From: an uncultured Verrucomicrobiae bacterium
GTDB lineage: Bacteria; Verrucomicrobiota; Verrucomicrobiia; Chthoniobacterales; UBA10450
Assembly (NCBI GenBank): GCA_963815455.1
Contig: CAWFGO010000001.1
Span: forward strand, 1,024,001-1,088,000
Direction: 5' to 3'
Length of the DNA: 64,000 bases
Shown: positions 44,082-53,500 of the stretch, piece after piece
How the letters are laid out: every line of letters starts with the position of its first letter
How positions within the stretch are numbered: the first letter of the stretch is position 1
Notes under the pieces: generated by a model
Databases searched by the model: none
The model's input: the letters and a program-made list of their open reading frames with translations, nothing else
What the model was told of the DNA's origin: nothing
Translations under genes and position numbers: made by a program

Positions 44082-45659
44082 ATGAAAACCCAGGAAGCCA
44101 TTCAATGGTTTAAAACCACGTTTATTAAGGAATTGGAAGCGGCCGTGGCCGGGACGCCTTTCAGCGTGGATCTATTGTCGGCCATTGCCAATCAGGAGAC
44201 CGGTTACATCTGGTCGGTCTTGGTTGAGCACAAGCTGCCGGTTCCGAAAATTCTCGAACTCTGTGTCGGCGACACAATCGACAAAGGGCGCAGCGCATTT
44301 CCGACCAACAAGTCGGCACTGATGGCCGCGCCCGGTGGCGCGAAGATGTTCGACGTTGCGCGAAAAGCGCTGGTGGACATGGCTAAATATGTCCACGGAT
44401 ATGATGGCGCCGTGGCAAATCCGGACAAGTTTTGTCACGGGTTCGGCATTTTTCAGTACGACCTGCAATTTTTCGAGGATGATCCGGATTATTTTCTTAA
44501 AAAGAAATGGCGCAACTTCCGGCTGTGCGCGGCCAAATGCATCGGCGAGCTGAACGCGGCGATGGAACGGCAGGGTTGGGCGGGCAAGAAAACGCTAAGC
44601 GATGAAGAAAAGGTCTACGTGGCGATTGCTTATAATAAAGGGCGGGCAAACCCGGCCCTCGGTTTCAAGCAGGGATATCAGTCCGATGACGGCAAATACT
44701 ACGGCGAAAACATCGCCGCATTTCTGGCGGTGGCGCAGACCATTTCACCCGGCGCTGCCAAGCCGAGAACGAGGCGGGGCGCCGTTGTCAGACCCGGGCC
44801 GTCGATTTCGGCGATGCCGGAGCAGCCCCATTCGTTACTGAAATTTGGCGATGAAGGCGATGAAGTGAAGGTGCTGCAAGCTCTTCTGCAATCGCAGGGC
44901 TATTTCGCCGCGGCGGTGCTCGGTCATTATCAGGAGAAGACGCGACAGGCCGTGATTTATTTTCAGCAAACCCATCTCGGCCCGGACGGAAAACCATTGG
45001 AATCGGACGGCGAGGTCGGCGACGACACCTGGTGGGCGCTTTATCATCCCAGCGGTGCGCCGCAGAAATCGAATATTCCAGCGGTGTTGCCGGCGGGGTT
45101 GACTCCGATACGCACGAAAGTGCTCGAGATCGCGGCGGCGGAACATGAAGCCGGTGTTCACGAAATCCCGGATGGAAGCAATTGGGGCGACGGGGTGATG
45201 AAATACCTCGAGGAAGGCGGCTCCGCGGCCAATCCGTGGTGTTGTTTTTTCTGGAGCTGGTGTGTTCATCATGCCACCGGCAAGTATCCTTTTGGCGAGC
45301 CGATGGGACACGTGTTAACGACGTGGCGGGAAGCAAAGAAGAAAGGCTGGGCCATGGACAAGGCGGGTTACGCGCCGGTCCCGGGGGACGCGTTTGTGCT
45401 GCTCTTCACGGACGATTCCGGAAGACTGAAAGGCACGGGTCACATCGGTCTCGTACTTCGGGTGGACAAATCGAAAAATGCAACCGCGTTCAATACCGTC
45501 GAAGGCAACTGCGGGAATCGGGTGAAGGTCGGGCGTCGCGGGATGGATCAATCGACCCTGGTGGGATTCATCAATCAATACCCGACCGGGGAACAACCGA
45601 GCGGCTGGGAGACCGGCCTGGTCAGCGCCGACGACGTCGGCGGCGAAGGGACGCGCTAA
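44082..45659 (+). CDS. Three-domain peptidoglycan hydrolase: lysozyme-like + PG-binding + CHAP
   Basis: AIANQETG...HGFGIFQYD...AYN.G; L..GD.G.EV..LQ..L...FQ...DG.VG..TW.AL; PWC..F...GHIG.V...TVEGN. Confidence 0.8.
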   Translation: MKTQEAIQWFKTTFIKELEAAVAGTPFSVDLLSAIANQETGYIWSVLVEHKLPVPKILELCVGDTIDKGRSAFPTNKSALMAAPGGAKMFDVARKALVDMAKYVHGYDGAVANPDKFCHGFGIFQYDLQFFEDDPDYFLKKKWRNFRLCAAKCIGELNAAMERQGWAGKKTLSDEEKVYVAIAYNKGRANPALGFKQGYQSDDGKYYGENIAAFLAVAQTISPGAAKPRTRRGAVVRPGPSISAMPEQPHSLLKFGDEGDEVKVLQALLQSQGYFAAAVLGHYQEKTRQAVIYFQQTHLGPDGKPLESDGEVGDDTWWALYHPSGAPQKSNIPAVLPAGLTPIRTKVLEIAAAEHEAGVHEIPDGSNWGDGVMKYLEEGGSAANPWCCFFWSWCVHHATGKYPFGEPMGHVLTTWREAKKKGWAMDKAGYAPVPGDAFVLLFTDDSGRLKGTGHIGLVLRVDKSKNATAFNTVEGNCGNRVKVGRRGMDQSTLVGFINQYPTGEQPSGWETGLVSADDVGGEGTR

Positions 45660-45663
45660 AGAA

Positions 45664-45738
<75 letters not shown>

Positions 45739-45930
45739 TTTTGCAGGGAGTGAACAGTGATCAGTGAACGGCGATCAGTCAAGCAGACCATCTGTCGCGT
45801 CGCAGAAAGCGCGCTACGGAAAATCATTCGTCAGCGCGCACCGGAACTGGTCCGCCTTTCCATCGGAAAAAGCTTCGGCTCCAATTGCGCTTCCGCTAAG
45901 CGCAAAGTGTGTGATACAGGTTGAGTCTTA

Positions 45931-46215
45931 ATGCCGCTCACCTTCGAATGGGATTCGCGCAAAGCGCGATCCAATCTCGCTAAACACGGTGTTACGTTCG
46001 AAGAAGCGGCCACAATTTTCGGCGATGTACGGTCGCTCACTATTCCCGATCCGGAACATTCACGGACGGAATTACGGTTCGTCACTATGGGTAAGGCGTT
46101 CGGCGACAAATTGGTCGTTGTCGTGCATACAGAACGCAGTGATAATATTCGAATAATTAGCGCCCGACGAGCCAGCCGGCGAGAACGGACATATTATGAA
46201 AAAGAAATCTCGTAA
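45931..46215 (+). CDS. brnT: BrnT family toxin
   Basis: FEWD..KA.SN..KHGV.FEEA, R....G, VVVHTER...IRIISAR.A. Confidence 0.93.
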   Translation: MPLTFEWDSRKARSNLAKHGVTFEEAATIFGDVRSLTIPDPEHSRTELRFVTMGKAFGDKLVVVVHTERSDNIRIISARRASRRERTYYEKEIS

Positions 46216-46411
46216 ATCTGAAGAGCAATTGATGCAGAACGATTACGATTTCTCGCGAGCAGTGCGCGGAAAATACGCCCGTCGTTATTCTCAGGGAACA
46301 AATGTTGTGATTTTGGAGCCTGACGTCGCCAAAGTGTTTCCAAATTCGAAGGCGGTGAATACCTCGCTACGGAAAATCATTCGTCAGCGCGCACCGGAAC
46401 TGACGAAATAA
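46196..46411 (+). CDS. BrnA-like antitoxin
   Basis: YDFS...RGKY, LEPDVA..F..S.AVN..LR; overlaps brnT. Confidence 0.85.
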   Translation: MKKKSRKSEEQLMQNDYDFSRAVRGKYARRYSQGTNVVILEPDVAKVFPNSKAVNTSLRKIIRQRAPELTK

Positions 46412-46538
46412 TCCGCGCCGACTTCTGACGTGCGACATCTTCGCCAAGGGACGAAGCTCGCGAAAGCTTTCGGAGCTTACACTTGACCGATCCGGCCGCT
46501 AAATGGCGTTCCGGCTTGACCAATAACTTGACTTACGC

Positions 46539-47552
46539 TTGACTAACCGCGTGAGCTATTCGCCGGCCTATACCATCACACCGCTCCTCCTCTCGCGAGT
46601 GGAAAAGGTCGCGGCCCTGCGTGAGCGGATTCTGGCCGCGGCTGTGCAGGTGCCCTGGATTCCGGCATTGCAAAAAGATACCCGGATTCGCAACGCTCAC
46701 TCGTCCACCGCTATCGAGGGCAATCCGCTCACTCTGGAACAGGTCCGCGCGATCGAAGAAGGCCGCGAGATCCCTGCGACCGCGCAGCGCGCCCGCCGCG
46801 AAGTTGCTAATTATTTTGCCGGCCTGCGCCTCGTGGAGAAGAACGCGAAGGCAGACACCATCACTCAAGCGCACGTCTTGAAATTGCATCGCATCATGGC
46901 CGGCGACGTCATGGACCAGGGAAAAGCGGGCGAATACCGGGACATCCGGGTAAAGGTGGGCCATTACATTGCGCCGCGCCCTGAAAAGGTGAAGCCGATG
47001 ATGTCCGACTTGCTCGAGTGGTGGAACAAAGAGGAGAAAGTTTCTCCCATCCTCAGTTCAGCCATCGTTCATCATCAGTTTGAAATCATTCACCCGTTTG
47101 CCGATGGCAACGGACGGGCTGGTCGCATGCTGAGTCTATGGGAGCTTTACCGGCGCGGCTTCGACAACCACCACATTTTTTCGATCGACGAATTTTATTG
47201 GGAGGACCGGCCGCGGTATTATGCCGCTTTGGAAAACGTGCGGCAGGAAGAAGGCGATCTCACCAGTTGGCTCGAGTACAGCGCGGAAGGATTGCGGGTC
47301 ACACTGGAAAAAGTCTGGAGCCGGATCCAAAAGCTTGCCGCGCGCGGCGGGAAAGCGAAACTGGTCCTTCGCCCGAAACAGGAGCAGCTCCTCCATCTCT
47401 TGCGCGAACACAAAGCGCTCACGCCGCGGGAACTCTGGGACGCCATCGGCGTATCGAAACAAGGCGCGCTCGATTTGTTACGGCCGTTGATCAAAGCTGG
47501 TCTGGTCCGCCGGATTGGAACAAAGAAATCCGGCCGCTACGTCTTAAAATGA
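46539..47552 (+). CDS. Fic-domain AMPylase with C-terminal wHTH
   Basis: S..IEGN, canonical HPFADGNGRAGR. Confidence 0.93.
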   Translation: MTNRVSYSPAYTITPLLLSRVEKVAALRERILAAAVQVPWIPALQKDTRIRNAHSSTAIEGNPLTLEQVRAIEEGREIPATAQRARREVANYFAGLRLVEKNAKADTITQAHVLKLHRIMAGDVMDQGKAGEYRDIRVKVGHYIAPRPEKVKPMMSDLLEWWNKEEKVSPILSSAIVHHQFEIIHPFADGNGRAGRMLSLWELYRRGFDNHHIFSIDEFYWEDRPRYYAALENVRQEEGDLTSWLEYSAEGLRVTLEKVWSRIQKLAARGGKAKLVLRPKQEQLLHLLREHKALTPRELWDAIGVSKQGALDLLRPLIKAGLVRRIGTKKSGRYVLK

Positions 47553-47559
47553 AAGCCGA

Positions 47560-47679
47560 CAAGGAACGAAGCTCGCGAAAGCTTTCGGAGCTGCCCTCTT
47601 CGCCAAGGGACGAAGCTCGCGAAAGCTTTCGGAGCTGACCTCTTCGCCAAGGGACGAAGCTCGCGAAAGCTTTCGGAGC
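47560..47679. repeat. Tandem 44-bp repeat (about 3 copies; another copy at 46438-46476)
   Basis: tcttcgccaagggacgaagctcgcgaaagctttcggagc. Confidence 0.9.
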
Positions 47680-47680
47680 G

Positions 47681-47763
47681 ACCTCTGTTTTCTGTTCTCT
47701 GTCCTCTGTTCTTTGTCCTCTGTCCTCTGTCCTCTGTCCTCTGACTTCTGTCTTCTGACTTCC
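47681..47763. repeat. Heptamer tandem repeat (TCCTCTG-like)
   Basis: acctctg ttttctg ttctctg tcctctg ... acttctg tcttctg. Confidence 0.85.
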
Positions 47764-47931
47764 TTGTCGCGCCGACTTGCCTGCCTCGCCGTAGTCCCAG
47801 ACGCAGGCGGGTTACGCCGAAGCGCACGGAGGAGGAAGCCTCGCGCATAGGCGGATCACCGACTCAACATCTTCCGCGCGGCATTTCGCTTTTGTGCGGA
47901 AGCGATCTCGGTTAGGATTCCGCTCCGATAA

Positions 47932-48996
47932 ATGGCCAGAGCAAGATCGACAAAATCATCCAACAACTCGTCGGCCAGCCTCGGCTTCGAAGCAAAGCTT
48001 TGGCTCGCCGCCGACAAGCTTCGTTCCAACATGGACGCGGCCGAATACAAGCACGTCGTTCTCGGCCTCATTTTCCTCAAGTACATCTCCGATGCCTTTG
48101 AGGAGAAGCACACTCAGCTCCTGAGCGAGCCCGGCGCTGATCCCGAAGATCCCGACGAATATAAAGCCGAGAACGTCTTCTGGGTTCCGCCCGGTGCGCG
48201 TTGGACCTACCTTCAGAACAGCGCCAAGCAGCCCGAGATTGGCAAGATCGTCGACGATGCCATGGTCGCGATCGAGCGCGACAACCCGCGCCTCAAAGGC
48301 GTCTTGCCGAAGGAATACGCCCGCCCGGCGCTCGACAAACATCGGTTAGGCGAACTCATCGACCTCATCGGCACCATCGGCATGGGTGACAAAGCCAGCC
48401 GATCCAAAGACATCCTCGGTCGCGTTTACGAATATTTCTTAGGTCAATTCGCCAGCGCCGAAGGAAAGAAGGGTGGCCAGTTCTACACCCCGCAGAGCGT
48501 CGTCCGCCTCCTCGTCGAGATGCTCGCCCCGTACAAAGGCCGCATCTACGATCCCTGCTGCGGCTCCGGCGGCATGTTCGTGCAATCGGAAAAATTCGTC
48601 GAAGCCCACGGCGGCCGGCTCGGCGACATCAGCATCTACGGCCAGGAAAGCAACGCCACCACCCGGCGCCTCGCCGTCATGAACCTCGCTCTGCGCGGCA
48701 TCGAGGCCGACTTCGGCCCCGAGCACGCCGACACCTTCCGGCGCGACCTCCATCCCGACCTCCGCGCCGACTACTTCCTCGCCAACCCGCCCTTCAACGA
48801 CTCCGACTGGTTCCGCAAAGACGACGACGTGCGCTGGCAATGGAGAGAAGCGACATGGACGACCAACGGGAGCCCGAAGGGTGAGCACAATCAGGCTCAT
48901 CAATATCCTTCTCCCCAGCGGGGCAACGCCAACTTCGCCTGGGTGCAGCACTTCATCCACCACCTCGCGCTCCACGGCATGGCCGGCTTCGTCCTC
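47932..48996 (+). pseudogene. hsdM: Type I R-M methyltransferase subunit, 3'-truncated
   Basis: [43 protein letters not shown]; similarity ends at MAGFVL. Confidence 0.9.
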
Positions 48997-49109
48997 GTCC
49001 GATTCTGGTTTTGGGTAAAACACAGATTCCACAGGGCCGGATCACGCCAGGAGACAGGCAACGCGTTGTGCGCGTTCAACGAAGCATGTCATCGATCTGG
49101 GCTAATTTG

Positions 49110-49874
49110 ATGTCGGCTGATTCCTACTTACAAAATATCTTGAATCGCGAGGCGGTGGACACTGGTCCCTATTCGCCGGTTCGTAGCGTCCAAGCGACCG
49201 TGCAGCCGGTAATCTCAGAATGGGCGGGTAATCTACTAAATGGCATCGGAGTGAGCGGCTCGTTCATGAAAGGAACTGCCAACCGCAGCGGTACCGATAT
49301 TGATCTGTTCATCTCACTTTCGGCGAACACACCCGAAAGCCTGAAAGAGATTTACGAATCACTCTTCGCGCGCATGAGCCAGAAAGGCTACGGCCCGAAG
49401 CGCCAAAACGTTTCAATCAACGTGAAGGTCAACGGCTACAGCGTAGACCTTGTGCCGGGGAAGCAACAGAACGTCTATACGACTGATCACAGCATTTACA
49501 AACGTCGGGCGGATACGTGGACAAAGACAAACGTGGCAACTCACATCACACATGTGAGGCAGTACAATCGCCTTAACGAGAGCAGAATTCTCAAACTGTG
49601 GCGCAACCAGAAAAGCCTGGAGTTTCCATCCTTCTATCTCGAGCTAACCGTCATTGACGCCCTGCCATGGCAACTCGCGCCGGAAGCGTTATCGGGCAAT
49701 GTGTGGCGCGTTTTCCAATATCTGCGGGACCGTTTCGCGAATGCTCGCGTTGTCGATCCGGCGAACACTAACAATATCATCTCAGACGACCTAACGGTCG
49801 CTGAGAAAGGCAAGGTTCAGGCCGCTGCTGAACTGGCGCTCAGCGCAGCAAATTGGAACGAGATTGTGCAATGA
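49110..49874 (+). CDS. cGAS/DncV-like nucleotidyltransferase (CD-NTase/SMODS), CBASS synthase
   Basis: SGSF.KGT....TDIDL, QNVSI, VDLVP, LK.W, PSFYLEL, DPAN.NN; ATGA-coupled to NucC. Confidence 0.9.
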   Translation: MSADSYLQNILNREAVDTGPYSPVRSVQATVQPVISEWAGNLLNGIGVSGSFMKGTANRSGTDIDLFISLSANTPESLKEIYESLFARMSQKGYGPKRQNVSINVKVNGYSVDLVPGKQQNVYTTDHSIYKRRADTWTKTNVATHITHVRQYNRLNESRILKLWRNQKSLEFPSFYLELTVIDALPWQLAPEALSGNVWRVFQYLRDRFANARVVDPANTNNIISDDLTVAEKGKVQAAAELALSAANWNEIVQ

Positions 49875-50584
49875 GCTGGTCGCTTTCGCAGATTTTAGCA
49901 GGATTGCATGATGACATTGAGCGCCGGTTAAAGACGACTCGGGAGACTTTAGCCTTCTCCGTAGCGAAGGGCGATGCTTCCGAAAATGTGTGGCGGGACC
50001 TCCTCGAAACTTATTTGCCTCGGCGTTACCAAGTCGAGACAGCACATGTCGTGGACAGTAACAATGTCTTCAGCGACCAAATCGATGTGGTCGTGTTCGA
50101 CCGTCAGTATTCGCCCCTAATGTTTCATTTCCAGGGACAGAAGGTCATCCCTGCCGAAAGCGTCTATGCCGTCTTCGAGGCAAAGCAAAGCATCAATGCC
50201 GATCTGGTCGCATACGCACAGAAGAAAGTAGCAAGCGTTCGCGCCCTTTATCGAACGAGTCTGCCAATTCCTTCTGCCTCAGGGCTGCAGCCCCCGAAGG
50301 TGATACCGCATATCATTGGTGGGCTGTTGGCTTTTGAGAGTGATTGGAATCCGCCGCTCGGCCAAGCACTAAGTGACGCTCTTAGTCGTGGCGAGATGGG
50401 CGGTCGTCTTGACCTTGGTTGTATCGCCGCGCATGGAACGTTCGGCTGTGATGAAAACGGCTGTTACAACTTCACGCCGGCCGGCAAGCCCGCTGCGGCA
50501 TTTCTACTGGAGTTCATAGCTCGACTACAGGCGAGCGCAACCGTGCCAATGATCGATATTCGCGCGTACACAAAATGGCTGTAG
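49871..50584 (+). CDS. nucC: NucC cyclic-oligoadenylate-activated endonuclease
   Basis: WSLSQ...LH.DI, KGDASE.VW, SDQIDVVVFDRQYSP, PAESVYAVFEAKQ, RTSLPIP, TVPMIDI.AY.KWL closely match recalled E. coli NucC. Confidence 0.93.
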   Translation: MSWSLSQILAGLHDDIERRLKTTRETLAFSVAKGDASENVWRDLLETYLPRRYQVETAHVVDSNNVFSDQIDVVVFDRQYSPLMFHFQGQKVIPAESVYAVFEAKQSINADLVAYAQKKVASVRALYRTSLPIPSASGLQPPKVIPHIIGGLLAFESDWNPPLGQALSDALSRGEMGGRLDLGCIAAHGTFGCDENGCYNFTPAGKPAAAFLLEFIARLQASATVPMIDIRAYTKWL

Positions 50585-53500
50585 TAAGAGACTCACGCGC
50601 CAATTTGGGAGGGTCGCTTGCGAAAACCCATCCGCAGATAGCTGCGCAGTGGCATCCGACAAAGAATGCGCCTCTTACGCCCGACATAATCAAAGAAAAC
50701 AGCTACAAGCTGATTTGGTGGATATGTTCTAAGGGACACGAATTTCCCTGCCGCGTAAACAAACGCACCCGCCAGGGACATGGCTGCTCGTTTTGCGCCG
50801 GCCAACGAACTGCCGTCGAGGATTCCATAGCTGTCCTCTTCCCCAAGCTTGCCGCAGAATGGCATCCGACGAAAAACGATTTGCGGCCGATCGATGTTCG
50901 TCCGGGCAGCAATCGCATGGTTTGGTGGCTTTGTTCGAAAGGTCATGACTGGGAGGCAACAGTTTGTCGACGTGCGCGCGGTAGCGGTTGTCCGAAGTGC
51001 TCTGGCCGATTATTGTCTCGCGAAAATTCGTTTGGTGGAAGATATCCACAGCTCGCCGCGCAGTGGCATCCGCTGAAAAACGGTTCGGCGACACCCTTCG
51101 ACTATACATCAAGTAGCCAAGAGAACGTTTGGTGGCAGTGCAATGCAAGGCCACCACATGAATGGCAGAGTAAGATAAGGTCCCGTGCAGCTCATCCTTC
51201 GTTGGGATGCCGAAAGTGCGCACGTGCTAAGCAAGGAAAAACACACCTAGGCGCGCTCGACCGATCTCACCCGATCCTATGTGCCGAGTGGGATTATGAG
51301 GGAAACGCGCCGCTTGTGCCATCGGACTTCAAAGCAAACAGCCACCAGATAGTCGCCTGGAAATGCTCCAAATACCCTGAGCACATTTGGTCCGCTTCGA
51401 TTCGCAATCGCGCGGTTCTTGGAAACGGCTGTCGGTTCTGTGCGGGGCAAGCAGCATGTCCGCAAAATTCGCTAGAAGCCCTGCGGCCAGATCTCGCTGC
51501 ACAGTGGCATCCGATGCTGAACGGCAGTCTGACACCTAGCATGGTCACTGTTGGCAGCGACAAGGTTGTTTGGTGGCAGTGTCCCGTCGATTCGGAGCAC
51601 ATCTGGCGGGCAAAGATTCAGCCTCGTGTAAAGCGCGACATCGGCTGTCCTGACTGTCGACAAAAAGCACGTCCTGAAAGATCGCTCGCAAAGGTGTTGC
51701 CCGCCCTTGCTAACGAGTGGGACACGAAGAAAAACAAAAGGGGGCCGGAAACCCTCACGATTGGTTCCCAGGTTTCCGGATGGTGGCGATGTTCGAAAGA
51801 CCCGTCCCATGTTTGGCGGGCGACGGTAAAGAACCGAGCGGCGTACGATCGTGGCTGTCCTCGTTGCCGCGTCGGCTGGACTGTTCCCGCCATCCGCGCG
51901 TTTGTTGATGGGCTGAAGCATCACCTAAAGGCATTCACGCCAGCGGAGTTGTATGTGCTTTTTCAGCAGAATGGCTTGCTTAGCGGTGATCGGAAATCGC
52001 AAACGTTCATCGATGCTTTGGGAACTGGAAGATTTCCGTTTGGAGAGATAGAGAAGTTTTGTCGTGGTGAGAAGTCGCTCGTGGACAAGTTTCTCGCCGA
52101 TCAAGCGACAACTCTCGAAAGCCTAACAAGTGAAAAGGCGAATGCTGCGGAGAAGCAGGGCGAGTTAGGGCTGGTCGATGAGGCACAGGCGGACGAAACC
52201 GCGCTCCCGGCCGTCCAGACAGTGGATGTGCTGCGGTCACTGCAATCTACTGTTGTGATTTCGGCAGATCAGGAAGCCGTGGAGTTTCTTGTCGCATCGG
52301 CTTTAGCGAAGATTTGGAAGCACGCCTTTCGCGACGAAGCAGCAGCGCTGGAACAGGCGCGCGGGTTTGAAGGCGATGCTTATGCCGATCGCGTGCGCAC
52401 AGATTTCCTTGCCGAGCACGAGCGCGCCGCAAAGCTTCCGATTCCGGCGGGCTATGCCTTTACTGTGGATGGAAAGATCGCGCTGCCGAATCTGATGCAG
52501 CGGCTCACGGCGGCGCGCGTTCTGCAACGGCGGCGTGTCGGCAACTGGTCGGGGACCGGCGCGGGTAAGACGCTTTCCGCCGTACTCGCTAGTCGCGCGT
52601 CAGGCGCGGGGCTGACGCTGGTGTGTTGTCCGAACAGTGTCGTCGAGGGTTGGCGCACCGCGATTCTCGCGAGCTTTCCCAACAGCGTAGTCGGCACAAA
52701 ATCATTCGTGCCGGATTGGTCCGCGCTCGCGGGCGACGCGACGGGGTTCGGCGCCGCGCCGAGGCACCGCTACCTGGTGTTGAACTACGAGATGTTTCAG
52801 CAGGAGGACTCGGAGGCAAAGGTGCGGCGCTTCGCCGAGGCGGAGACGGCGGACTTCATCGTCGTGGACGAGATTCATTTCACCAAGCAGCGCACGGCAG
52901 AGAATCTTTCGCGGCGCAAGCGGATCATCGCCGCGCTCATCGCGCTTGCCGCGGTGAAGCAGCCGCGGCTTTGCGTGCTGGGCATGTCGGCGACGCCGGT
53001 GATCAATAATCTTCAGGAAGGCCGGAGTCTTGTGGAGATGGTCAGCGGTCTGGAGCACCCGGACATCGAAACGCGACCGACCGTCGCGAATTGCATGAAG
53101 CTGCATCAGCGGCTCGTCTCTCTCGGCACGCGCTGGGTGCCGAAATACGACGCCGAACTGGAGCAGTGCGAGGTTCCGATCGACTGCTGCGACGCGATCG
53201 AGGAAATCCGCGCGCTCGGCCGCGCCGGTTCGCCGCTGGCATTGGAGCAAATCCTCACGCGTGTTCGGCTGCCGATCATCAGACGCGAAGTGCGGCGGAA
53301 GACGCTGCTATATACCCACTACCTCCAAGGCATCGAAGGTCCGCTGCGCGACGCACTCACGGAAGATGGATGGCGTGTCGGCTTTTTTACCGGCGACGAC
53401 AAGACTGGGCTCGATGGTTTTCTGCATGGCGACGTGGATGTCCTTATTGGCTCAAGTGCGATCGGTACAGGCGTAGACGGTCTCCAAGATGTTTGCGAAC

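Noticed and set aside
47560..47679. 44-bp tandem repeat as a CRISPR array
   Set aside because: Units are separated by about 5 near-identical bases, with no unique spacers and no cas genes
49011..49109. Longer N-termini given by the ORF track for the CD-NTase (and for thiG, pckG, the rhomboid and the DNA methyltransferase)
   Set aside because: The extensions run through junction or REP sequence; downstream ATGs match the family starts better
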